A stretch of DNA of 37,310 nucleotides from an uncultured Candidatus Peribacteria bacterium (GTDB taxonomy: Bacteria; Patescibacteriota; Gracilibacteria; Absconditabacterales; Absconditicoccaceae). The number at the start of each line of letters is the position of its first letter. Within the stretch, counting starts at the first letter, position 1. Positions 11,033-21,904 of this stretch are shown here, one piece after another. The notes below the pieces were generated by a model. The model was not told the origin of the DNA, made no database searches, and was given only the letters and a program-made list of their open reading frames with translations. The stretch spans positions 15,569-52,878 of the forward strand of contig CAZWWJ010000001.1 in the NCBI GenBank assembly GCA_964637495.1, read 5' to 3'. The position numbers and the translations under genes are program-made.

Positions 11033-12043
11033 ATGAGTTTTTACCAAAGCAAAATATGGGAAACTATAAATAAAGAAATATACCAAAAACCTACATTTGA
11101 TTTTTGTCTTTTTGACAGAAATTATTTTTGAGTTATCAAAAAAATCAAAAAAGGTTTTATTGAATTAAACTGGTACCAGATACTTGGAGTAGAACTACCA
11201 GAATCCTGGGAAAGCAGCTTAGAACAAGCAACTTATATCAAAGAAGAAATCAACAAATTAAAAAGAGATTTTGCAAAAAATTACTGAGATATATACTTTC
11301 AGATTGGATTTACAAATATTATTGACCAAAGATACACAAACAATACAAAAAACCAAGAAACAATAAATGAAATTAAAAATCTTAGACTCCAAAAACAAGA
11401 ATATATGAAAAACACTTTCTGACTAATTCCATCTCCAAAAGAAAACATGCCAGTTGCAACTAATTACGTAGATCTTTCTCAAAGCCTTGATCAAATACGA
11501 AGTGATATCTCTAAAAACACGAAAGAAAAAATAAAAAAATGAAATAAAAAACTAAAATTCGAAGAAGCAAACTGAAAAGACATCAAAAACTTTTATGAAC
11601 TTTGGTTTGATATTTTATCAGAAAAATGAATCTACATAATCCCTGAACAACAATACTTTGATCTAATTAACTATCTAAACAAAGAAAAACTTGGTAAACT
11701 ATTTGTAGTAAAAGATGAAAACGATAAAATTGCTGCTGGAAGTATTTTTGCTTTCTATAAAGATACAGTAATTTATCTTTATGGAGCAACTCACAAAAAT
11801 TTTGGGAATATATGAGCAGACCAAAAGCTAAAATTTGACACAATAAAATATGCAAAAGAAAAAGAATTCAAATATTTTGATTTCCGAGGAAGTTCACCAG
11901 TAGGATTCCCCAACCATCACCTACAAAATGTCACAAATTTCAAAAAAGGATTCAATGGTATATGGGAAGAATATCTTTGAAATTATGACCTTGTTTTCAA
12001 CAAAAATCTTTATACTGTATACAAGTATCTAAGAACAAATTAA
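11033..12043 (+). CDS. FemAB/FemX-family aminoacyl-tRNA-dependent peptidoglycan peptide-bridge transferase
   Basis: 336 aa. C-terminal half reads KIAAGSIFAFYKDTVIYLYGAT...GADQKLKFDTIKYAKEKEFKYFDFRGSSP...NVTNFKKGFNG, the typical Fem-family core (lyGas ... FK.gFgg). ATG 11033, TAA 12041-12043. Confidence 0.7.
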
Positions 12044-12074
12044 TTAGCAAAATCTATATTATAATAAAAACTAA

Positions 12075-13298
12075 ATGAAACAAACAATAGAAACTCAGGA
12101 AATAAATAATCATGAAAATGATTTCATAGCACTAAAATTAAGAGAAAACTTATTTAATTTTGATAATAGTTTTGATGAAAACACATGGTTTGAAATTTTT
12201 GATATTTTACAAAAAATAGAAAATAAAGAAATCAACATATCATCGGAAATGATACAACATCTAAAATTACTGTGAGTTAAATTCAGTACAAAAAATGAAA
12301 AAATTGAAGACATTAAATCTCAACTGGAATCAACACTTCAGAATCAAAATAAAAAAGAAAAACTTGAATACAACAAGATGATAGTAGAAGATTTTTTTGA
12401 AAGTCATCCTATTGTTTCCCTTTTCTCAACCTCTAAACATTCAATTAAAAACTTGTTCAATAGTTTTTTTCAAGACAGAATTGATGATTACGGGTGTATA
12501 ACAAGTTTTGAAGATTGTGTTAATATAATTTTATACAGAATATATACAGAATTAACTAACAACTACAATCAGATTAATCAGGAATTTAAAAATAACAATG
12601 CAGAATTTCCTTTTTATTCTCCTTTTGATCCAGAATTCAAAAAATTTCTTTCTTTTCTTTACCAGCAAAACAAAGAAAAAAATGAATTTATAGAAAATAT
12701 ACAAAAAAACATAAACAACCTTATTGAAGAAAAAATTTCTTTTATTTCAAATATTGTAGCAGACTACATACATCCAAGCATTACTACATCTACTCAGGAT
12801 CAGCTACATTGAACCTGATCTTGAACAGAAACCCAGAACATCAAGTCTATTCTCTCAAAATACAAAGGTTTTTTACAACAAAAACAGGAAGAAGTTAAAA
12901 AATCCAATTCCTTAGAAGAAATTAAAAAAATATTATCAGAAATAGAAAAAATCAAATTAATAGATATTGTTGATAACAGAAATTTTGATATTGAACAAAC
13001 AAAAAATGATTTAATAAAATACAGAGTAAATCAGGAAGTAAATTTTGAAACAATATTTCAGGTTATTTATTCTATACTTTTAGAAGAAACACAAAAAGAG
13101 TGAAAATCAGACCGATATCAGGAAATAATAAATCAACTTAAAAACATTATAGAAGACTCTTTTGGAAAGAAAGTAAACAAAGATACAAACCCTGATAAAA
13201 TTAGTTTCCAAAGAATTCACTCTAATTCAAAAATTAATAAAATTTATCAAAAACAAAACTGAATTATGAAACTTATTAACAAAATAGAATATATTTAA
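12075..13298 (+). CDS. Hypothetical protein, 407 aa
   Basis: Runs from ATG 12075 to TAA 13296-13298. It joins track fragments 12075..12275 and 12378..12812 (same frame) across TGA codons and continues a further 160 codons. No family recognised. Confidence 0.6.
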
Positions 13299-13299
13299 T

Positions 13300-15081
13300 T
13301 TATTTGTTTCTTTTTCTCTCACTTTCTTTTAAGTATTTTTTTCTTAATCTAACATTATCCGGAGTTACTTCTACATACTCATCAGGTCATATATAACTTA
13401 TTGCATCTTCAAGAGTCATTTCCTGGATTGGGGTCAAATTTATTGCTTCATCACTTCCAGAAGCTCTTACATTAGTTAATTGCTTGGATTTAGTAAGATT
13501 TACTACCAAATCACCTCCTCAAAAGTGCTCCCCAACTATCATTCACTCATACACCTTGGTTCATGGTTTTACAAATATTTTTCATCTGTCTTGAGTTTTC
13601 CATATACTGTATTTTGTTGTTTCTCAGTTTTCATTACTTATTAAAGAACCAACTGTTCTTTTGTTTATATCTCATTTATACTCATCATAATGAGAGAAAC
13701 TGCTGTACATTATTCATTCCCCTTTGGTAAGAAGAATAAACTCTGATCTAAAACCTAATAAGCCTCTTGTTGGAACTTCAAATCTGATAGTTGTTAATCA
13801 ATTTTCAGATTGCATATCTTTCATTTGTCATTTTCTCCCTGCAACTTTCTCTATTATAGTTCAAGAAAGATCCTCTGGAACATGAGTTATCAAGGTTTCA
13901 ATTGGTTCCAATGTTTTTCCTTCTTCTTTCTTAAATATAACCTGAGGAGCTCATACCTGAAGTTCATAACCTTCTCTTCTCATATCCTCTATCAAAACAC
14001 CAAGATGAAGTTCACCTCTTCCTGAAACTATGAACTTATTCTGATCAAAATCCACTTGTAATCATACATTTTTTTCTATTTCTTTTTCTAGTCTTTCTTT
14101 GATTTGTCTGGAAGTTAGAAATTTTCATTCTTTTCCTGCAAATGGTGAATCATTTGGCATAAACTCCATAGTAAGAGTTGGAGGGTCTATACTAATTTCT
14201 TCAAAAGGTGTAAAGTCATCTTCACCTATGGTTTCTCCAACAAAAATATCTGAAATTCAAGCTACTGTTACTATATCCCCGCATCTTCATTCATCTATTT
14301 CCTGTTTTCACATACCAAGACTATTAAATACTCTTGTTATCTTTCAAGTCCTTTTTTCGTTGTTACTGTTTTTTATGGTTACCTGTTGTTGTTTTTTTAG
14401 GGTACCTTCATATATTCTTCATATACCAAGTCTTCCAAGATGATTATCATAGTCAAGATTTGTTATTTGCATCCTTAGGGGATGGTCAGAATAGTTGGGA
14501 GCTTCAGGTACTTGTTCCATTATAGTATCAAGTATAGGAGTAATATCATTTGATTCTTGTTCTAATTCTCTTTTTCAGATACCATCTTTTGCATTTGCAT
14601 AAAGAACCTCAAAATCTAATTGATTATTATCAGCTCAAAGCTCTATAAATAAATCAAAAAGATCATCTACAACTCCATCAGGTCTTGCTGCAGGCTTATC
14701 TATTTTATTTATCACAACGATAGGATGTAATCCAAGTTCTAATGATTTTTTAAGTACAAATTTGGTTTGGGGCATAGGTCCCTCATAAGCATCTACCACC
14801 AACAAAACACTATCCACCATTCTCAATACTCTTTCTACTTCACTCCCAAAATCAGCATGTCATGGTGTATCCACAATATTAATAATGTTATCATTATAGT
14901 TAATTGCTGTATTTTTGGCATATATTGTCATTCCTCTTTCTTTTTCCTGATCATTTGTATCCATTACACATGTTTCCTCCATTTGCTCTAATGTTCAGGA
15001 TTGCTTCAGAAAAGCATCAACTAAAGTTGTTTTTCCATGGTCTACATGGGCTATTATTGCTATATTTCTTATTGATTGCAT
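13300..15081 (-). CDS. typA: Translational GTPase TypA/BipA
   Basis: [22 protein letters not shown] (G1). DTP-[TGA]-HADF (G3, TGA at 14860-14862). VVINKIDK (G4). C-terminal [16 protein letters not shown]. 593 aa. TAA 13300-13302. Confidence 0.92.
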
Positions 15082-15112
15082 AAAGTATTTTCTAATTATC
15101 TAAAATAAAAAA

Positions 15113-15135
15113 CCTTAATACTAAGGCTTTTTTTG
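15113..15135 (-). terminator. Weak hairpin plus T-run downstream of the 555-aa CDS
   Basis: On the minus strand: CCTTAgtatTAAGG followed by TTTTTTTATTTT. The stem is only 5 bp. Confidence 0.25.
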
Positions 15136-15257
15136 TAAAACCTCCTTAACTTTTAATATAATGAAATAATCTTTTTTTTCAATAAAACATAATAAAGATA
15201 ATACTTGTTTGATAAATATCTAAAGAAAACAAAATATAGGAAGAAATTTTAATAAAA

Positions 15258-16925
15258 TTAATGATAATTAACAGTTCAACTATTAAAACGATAAATATAC
15301 TTAAATTCTTCAAATTTTTCATTTGATCTAAAATCCTCATTAACCACTCCTAGTATAAAAGCTGCTTTTTCTTCAAAGCCTAATAACTGAAATACTTTTA
15401 CAACATCATACACAGAAGTTTCATCAATAGTTGAATAAAAATAATATTCTCTTAATATATCCTCAATCATTGGTTCTAAGATTGAATGCAGTCTACCAGG
15501 TAAATCTACATCTATTTCCATTTCCAAAACCTCTTTATCGGACATATTTTCCAGTTGTTCCAATAATTCATTTAGTGATACCTCATTATTTTCCAATAAG
15601 CTTCTAAGATACTCAAAAGACTTTATCTTATAATACAATACATTCAGATCAAATCAAAAATAAAAATATTTTTTTAAGACTTCCAGATAATTTTTCTGAT
15701 TTTTTGATTCAATAAATGATTTCATTTCGTTATCATAAAAATATTTAACATATTCAAAAGCATTTCAGAAACTTTCTCAATTTTGAACAAGTCTTTCATA
15801 AACAATTTTTGCGGGATGCTTTTGAGAATAATTTCACTTTTTGATCTCTTTTATACAAATTTCTAAATACTCTTCTGCTGCAGAAAAATCCAAATTCATT
15901 GCAAGTTCATACAAAAAATTTTTCTTTCATTCTTCATTCTGATTTTGTTCATAATAAGAAAGCAGTTGATTAGCATACCATCAAGTTTCATCTGCAAAAG
16001 CTAAATATGAAGTGATTTTTTCATAAATCTGGATATCACCTTCAATATAACTTATTCAGGCAAGGTAATCCATTGCTACTGCATCATTAAGTTCTGCTCA
16101 TTCATTAAGTATTTTTTTGGCTTCTTCTGTCTTACCAATTTTATAAAGAAAGTATCAGTAATATCCATATATATTGCTTGCATTTTCTATTTCCATTTTG
16201 CCTTGTGTGCAATCATCAAAGAGTTCAGAAAACAAATATTCAAGACTACAAAGTATTCATCTATAGGGAATCAATGGAGATTCTTGGTTTTTCATTCAAG
16301 AAGTATAAGATTCTATAAACATTCAAAATAATGTTATGTCTCAAGCATTTTGTAATCAAAACCTTCCAATATAAAATTCTAGATATATTTTATAAAAATA
16401 TTTGAACATTGAAGTATTATAACACAAATGCAAAACATACTCCAACTCTTCTCTATTCATAAGTTCAAAAATACTGTAAAAATCTCCATCATTTTCAACA
16501 TCTTCTACTCAATAATTATATCCCACTTCCAAAATAGTTGCTATGGATGTTAACAACTCTTTTTGAGAAGATTTATGAACTAAGGCAAGCAACAGTTTGT
16601 CTTTAGGATTAATTTCTTCGCAATAATTTACTATTATTTCTTCCAATGATAGTTGAGTATTATCTTCAAGTACTTTTAAAAATTCTTGTTTGGAATCCTT
16701 ATCTATATTAGATAGAAGTTTTTTGTGTTTTTTGTCCAAATTTGTCTCAGGCATAGTAAGAGCCACCTCTCACACATCATACTCTCAATTCAAACGATAG
16801 TAATCTTCATTTGCTTCTGAAAGAACTTTACCACACTGACTTCTAATAGTTATTCCTAAGTCATCATCTTTTATCTCATCTACTTCTAAGTAATGACCAT
16901 ACATTGCTTCATAAGAATCACTCAT
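15258..16925 (-). CDS. Hypothetical protein, 555 aa, possible Sel1/TPR-like helical repeats
   Basis: Runs from ATG 16923-16925 to TAA 15258-15260. No in-frame TAA/TAG (checked codon by codon). It includes track fragments 16509..16766 and 15276..15638. The latter ends at a TGA that is read through for 5 more codons. Segments such as GAELNDAVAMDYLAGISYIEGD resemble Sel1 repeats, but only weakly. Confidence 0.6.
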
Positions 16926-17274
16926 AAGTATATTATTTTAGATTTTAAAGCAAGTAATAATTAATCACAAAATCAAAAATGTCAAGCAAACTTTGGAAAA
17001 TTAGAATTAATAAAACTGCTATAAAATGAAAATTCAATTTTAAAACCGCACAGTAAAATAATTTATTATAAAGACATTTGATAAGAGTATAAAAATTTTA
17101 TTAATCAAATTTGTTCAAAAAAATTAAATAAAAGCTTTTGATTGTTTCTGGTTAAGTTTAAAATATTTCATTAAAGATATTTTAATTTCTAACTCTCAGA
17201 AATTCTTTCTTTATATAACTGTGAAGTTTTGAGTTATACCTAATAACCAAAAAAATAATTATTACTAAACTATA

Positions 17275-18717
17275 TTAATCAATTTTTTTGAATAAAACTA
17301 TTTTTTCATTATTCTCCAAAGCATATCTTGCTTTGTTACAACTTTCCGGCAATACAGGTTCATACAAATCAATTAATTTATGCAAAAGATAACTTAAATT
17401 ATTCAAACAATTCTGGATATATTCACTTGAATTATCTTTTTCCCAGGGTTTTTTCTCATCAATATACTTGTTTCAGTATATTCCAATTTTGTTGATTATA
17501 TGATAAGCTGAAGATATTTCAAAATCCTCCATATTTCTTTTGGCTTCCTTCTCTAATCTATCAACTTCTGTTTTAAAATCCTGGTCAACATTATCAAAAT
17601 CATTTATTTTTACCTGTTTTTTGTTTGCAAGATTAATAGTTCTGTTCAACAAATTCCCAAAATTATCAGCAAGGTTGGAATTTATTACATTTTTTAATTC
17701 CTCTTCCTGATAATTTCAGTCTCCAAAAGTATTCATATAAGCTCCAAGATAATACCTGACATATTCCTGTCAGTATTTTTCTAGCTGCTGGATTGGATCT
17801 ATTACATTACCAAGAGATTTGGACATTTTTTCACCATTTGGGTCAAGAACATATCAGTGACACAAAAGTTTCTTACTAAATGAAAGATCTGCTCAAGCTA
17901 GCATACCCTGCCACATTGCTCACTGAAACCTAAGATTGTCTGGCCCAAATATCTGATATCATGGTCGCCATTGATCAAAATTTTCTTTATCATCTGCATA
18001 TCAAATTGTTCCAAGATAATTTGTTAGAGCATCAAACCATACATATATTACCTGCTCTTCGTCATTGGGAACAGGTATTCCCCAAGGCATTTTTTCTTTT
18101 TTTCTGGAAATACTAATATCCTGCAAATCTCTTACAAAGTTTTTAAGTTCATTCATTTTGGATTCTGGTTTCAGAACTTCTGGGTTATTGTCAAGGTACT
18201 CCAAAAGTTTATCTTTGTATTTTGAAATGGCAAAAAAATAATTCTCTTCCGATATTGTAATTGGTTCTTTTTTGTGAACAGGACATTTTCCGTCTTCAAG
18301 ATCTTTTTCTGTTTTGAATTCTTCACAATCTACACAATATTTTCAGGTATATTCTTTTTTATAAATATCTCCTTTTTGCATACAATAATTCCATATTTTG
18401 TATACATGTTTTACATGATAATCTGCTGAAGTTCTATAAAAAAAATCATAACTTATATTAAACTTCTCACAAAAATTTTCAAAACTTTTTACATACTTGT
18501 CTACTAATTCTTCAGGAGAAATTCAATTTTCTTTTGCTTTTTCGTATAATTTTGCGCCGTGTTCATCAGTTCAGGTATTAAGGTAAACATTTTCATTTCC
18601 AAGTTTTTTCCTAAAATACCTTGCTAGGATATCCGCTTGGATAAGCTCCATAGCATGTCATATATGAGGCTCTGAATTAACATAAGGAAGTGTAGTTGTT
18701 AAATAAAATTTTTCCAT
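17275..18717 (-). CDS. metG: Methionyl-tRNA synthetase (short form, 480 aa)
   Basis: MEKFYLTTTLPYVNSEPH-I-[TGA]-H (HIGH motif, TGA at 18658-18660). CVDCEEF...CPVH zinc knuckle. KMSKSLGNVIDP. No in-frame TAA/TAG (checked codon by codon). TAA 17275-17277. Confidence 0.9.
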
Positions 18718-18812
18718 AATTATTTATTTTAATTTTAAATTACTATATTATATAAAATAGTCAAAAACTCTTTTTTTTTAACAATAACTTATTTTATTTT
18801 TTTATAAAAAAA

Positions 18813-18884
18813 TGGGTCAGGAGGGAATCGAACCCTCGACCACCGGCTTAAAAGGCCGTTGCTCTACCCCTGAGCTACTGACCC
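18813..18884 (-). tRNA. tRNA-Lys (anticodon UUU), 72 nt, no encoded CCA
   Basis: The minus strand folds by hand as GGGTCAG TA GCTC AGGGGTA GAGC A ACGGC CTTTTAA GCCGG TGGTC GAGGG TTCGATT CCCTC CTGACCC A. That gives a 7-bp acceptor stem, a 4-bp D stem, a 5-bp T stem with a TTCGATT loop, and the anticodon loop C-U-UUU-A-A. Confidence 0.9.
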
Positions 18885-18925
18885 ACAGCAGAAACTACTT
18901 AACCAAGTAGCTTCTAAATATTTTT

Positions 18926-19120
18926 TTATATTGCTCCTTGCTTTACTTTAAGTTTATAACATCTTGAACAAATTTTTTTTCTTTGCTTTTTTCAAGATTC
19001 ATCAATTATATTTTTTACAAATATATTTGGTTTGAATTTTCTTTTGGTTGCTTTCATTGAGTGGGACCTGTTATTTCCAGTTTCTGTTCTTTTCCCACAT
19101 TCACTGCATACTCTCGCCAT
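18926..19120 (-). CDS. rpmB: 50S ribosomal protein L28
   Basis: [32 protein letters not shown]..., 64 aa. TAA 18926-18928. Confidence 0.9.
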
Positions 19121-19145
19121 TTTACTAACTTAATATCTAAAAAAG

Positions 19146-19757
19146 TTATTGTTCTTCATTTATTCACTCCGGAACTGCTTGTTGGTCTTCTTCCTCCTCT
19201 TCGGATTCTTCTTCTATTTCTACTACTGTTACTACTGGCTGTTCTAAATCATCTTTTATTTCTACTTTTTCTCAAAAATCAAGATCTTTAATAAATATTA
19301 TATCATTTTGAGATTCAATTTTGGACAAATCTATTTGTACATCATGCGGAAGATTGTTTGGAAGTGCTTCTACCAATACAGTATCTCTTAGAACTTCTAC
19401 TTTTCCAAGACCTTGTTTCTCAACTGGAGGTTCTCAGTATGTTACTATTGCTACTTCTGCTTCTACTTCCTCATCTGCTTTTACTGCATGAAAATCTACA
19501 TGCTGTAATCTATCTTTTACAGGATCAGCATCTATCTCATGAATTAATACCATTTCATTAATTCCATCTCCTTTTAAAGTTACTGGAGAAGAATGACCTG
19601 CTTCATCGTATGTTCTTAGAAACTCCATTTTGTCAAAGAAAACTGGAATTGAAGATTCCAAGTGTTTTGAATAAATAATTCCTGGAATTTTTCCTTCTGC
19701 TCTATATGGTTTCAATTGTTTACCGAACACATCACGCTTTTCTACTTTTAATTCCAT
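19146..19757 (-). CDS. rplY: 50S ribosomal protein L25 / general stress protein Ctc form
   Basis: MELKVEKRDVFGKQLKPYRAEGKIPGIIYSK... The track ORF 19434..19757 continues through TGA for about 95 more codons into an acidic tail. 203 aa. TAA 19146-19148. Confidence 0.85.
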
Positions 19758-19782
19758 TGTTTAAAAACTTTACTCAAATAAA

Positions 19783-20163
19783 TTATCAGGAAACTAATTC
19801 TACTCATTTGTTTGCATCTTTCCTTGATCTTAACTTAGCCTGTTTTCCTACTTTCTGTCTTATATAATAAAGTTTAGCTCTTCTTATTCTATATTCATCC
19901 AATATCTTAATACTTTCAAATTTTGGATAAGACAAAGGGTATATTTTTTCTACTGTAACTCAAGCTACTTTACCTCTCACTGTAAAACTACCTTCAGGCT
20001 GATTTTTCTTTTTCACTCTAAGTACTAGTCCTCTGAATCTCCAAATTCTTTCATTTTTTCATTCTCAAATTCTTTCTCTAATTTCCAAATACTGACCAGG
20101 CTTTACATCTATGTTTTGGTAATTTCTTTCCTGATACACTTTTTTTAATCTCTCAAAGTTCAT
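19783..20163 (-). CDS. rplS: 50S ribosomal protein L19
   Basis: ...DVKPGQYLEIRERIGEGKNERIWRFRGLVLRVKKK...SFTVRGKVAGVTVEKIYPLSYPKFESIKIL... 126 aa. Ends ...TCC TGA TAA (19783-19788). Confidence 0.9.
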
Positions 20164-20192
20164 TTTCAAATTTTTTAAATCATAAATTCAAA

Positions 20193-20327
20193 CTATTTTT
20201 TCATAACCTTCTGCTTCCATTTTCTTTGTTGTTCTATATGTTTTCTTATCTCCATTATCACTGATCTTTCTACTCTGTTTAGTGCTTTATGAAGCTTTTT
20301 CTTTCCTTTTGTTCTAAGTCTTGCCAT
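20193..20327 (-). CDS. Small basic protein, 44 aa (unassigned; possibly ribosome-associated)
   Basis: MARLRTKGKKKLHKALNRVERSVIMEIRKHIEQQRKWKQKVMKK. Its ATG overlaps the stop of the upstream ORF (TAATG at 20325-20329). It lies inside a ribosomal protein gene string. Confidence 0.4.
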   Translation of the reverse strand: MARLRTKGKKKLHKALNRVERSVIMEIRKHIEQQRKWKQKVMKK

Positions 20328-20593
20328 TAGTTTTTATTAGATAATAAATCTTTTAATCATTTTCTTTCAAAATATTGCTCAAGCATTCTATTTGTTATTC
20401 AATACTTTTTTAATTTCTGTTCTGCTTTTGGTAATGTTTTTCTTATCCACTTAGTATCTCCTTCTTCATTTTTTCTTTTCAAAAGATTTGCATACCATGC
20501 TATTGCTTTTTCATGTTTAGTATAAGATATTGCTCTTTTTCTATTAATATTTCTTAGCCAGTGATTATGTCTTTGCCTCTTCTGATTTCACAT
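20327..20593 (-). CDS. Small basic protein, 88 aa (unassigned)
   Basis: MGNQKRQRHNHWLRNINRKRAISYTKHEKAIAWYANLLKRK... Open frame with TGA=Gly (checked codon by codon). It starts 27 nt downstream of the rpsG stop. Its stop TAA 20327-20329 overlaps the next start. Confidence 0.45.
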
Positions 20594-20619
20594 TCCTAAA
20601 AAAACTTTAACAAATTAAA

Positions 20620-21093
20620 TTATTTAACATACTTTGCAAGATAAGCATAAGCTTTATTTGCTTCTGCCATTTTATGAGCATCTTCTTTTCTTTTAATAGC
20701 AGCTCCTTGATTTGAATAAGCTGCCAACAATTCTTCCGACAAAGCTTTATACATAGGTTTTCATTTTTTCTGCCTGGAAAATCTAATTATCCAGTTAGAA
20801 GCATAAAAAAACTTTTTACTTGACTTAACTTCTAATGGAACCTGATAAACTGCTCATCATATTCTTTTTGATTTCACCATAACCTGAGGAGAAGCATTTT
20901 CAATAGCAAGCTCCCATACTGCATATGGATTCATGTGACCATTTTTCTTCACCTCACCTAGTGCATCAAAAAATATTTTTCTTGCTTTAGATTTTTTTCA
21001 ATCAAGCATTAAATAATTTACAAACTTCTCTATCTTTGAATTAGTACTTGGTAAACCAAAAAGTCATGGTCTCTTGAACTTCTTTTTCGCCAT
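20620..21093 (-). CDS. rpsG: 30S ribosomal protein S7
   Basis: MAKKKFKRP...[19 protein letters not shown]...[23 protein letters not shown]...[19 protein letters not shown]. 157 aa. TAA 20620-20622. Confidence 0.92.
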
Positions 21094-21122
21094 TTATCAA
21101 AATTAAATTATAAAAGATTGGG

Positions 21123-21542
21123 TTACTTTTTCTTTGGTTTCTTTGTTCCATATCTTGATCTTGATTGCTTTTTTCATTCCACTCCTGCAAGATCATAAGC
21201 ACCTCTAACCATATGATATTTTACACCCGGCAAGTCCTTAACTCTTCCTCATCTTACCAAAACTACACTATGTTCCTGTAAAGAGTGCTTCTCCCCTGGC
21301 ACGTAAGCCAAAACTTCAATACCATTTGATAATCTAACTTTTGCTATCTTTCTCTGAGCTGAATTTGGCTTCTTAGGTGAAGCAACAGTTACCTTCAAAC
21401 AAACTCATCTTTTGAACGGAGAAGGATAAGTTGTACGAATCTTTCTTTTGGCTGTATTCAAACCATACCCCAATGCCGGAGATTTTGTCATCTTCTTTTT
21501 TGGTTTTCTTCATTTTTTTATCAGTTGGTTTATTGTTGGCAT
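21123..21542 (-). CDS. rpsL: 30S ribosomal protein S12
   Basis: [13 protein letters not shown]...[43 protein letters not shown]-[TGA][16 protein letters not shown] (TGA at 21249-21251). 139 aa. TAA 21123-21125. Confidence 0.92.
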
Positions 21543-21904
21543 TTTTTATAATAAAAAATAAATATAGTTACTATATAATTACTATTTTTTCGCAAAGCAT
21601 TTTCTTTTATAATTAAAAAAATTAAAATTTCAAGGATAATTAAAATTTTTTCTATAAAATTTTGCTAATTTTATTTTTTAATTATAATATTAACTAAAAA
21701 GACATAGTAAATTATTGCTATAAATCAGAAAATTATATTGATTTTTTTGTTTTTAATGATATCATTGTATAATAAAAGTATTAATTGTTTTTCGTCAACA
21801 TAAAAATAATATTTAGTTTTCTATAATTTGCTTTTTGAAACAAAAAATGTAACATATAATCAACAAAAAAGATTTATATAAAAATCATAACAAAAAAACA
21901 AAAA

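Noticed and set aside
18718-18812. T-box or other leader riboswitches upstream of metG, hisS and proS.
   Set aside because: The upstream gaps are only 95, 23 and 20 nt. They are pure A/T tracts without specifier or antiterminator-like stems, and are too short for a T-box.
21747-21773. Possible promoter (TTGTTT-15 nt-TATAAT) upstream of the sortase gene, and a similar TTGAAA-N16-TATCAT upstream of the ABC gene (about 6738-6765).
   Set aside because: The spacing is sub-optimal, and hexamers of this kind are expected by chance every few hundred bases at this A+T content. They are not reported as features.
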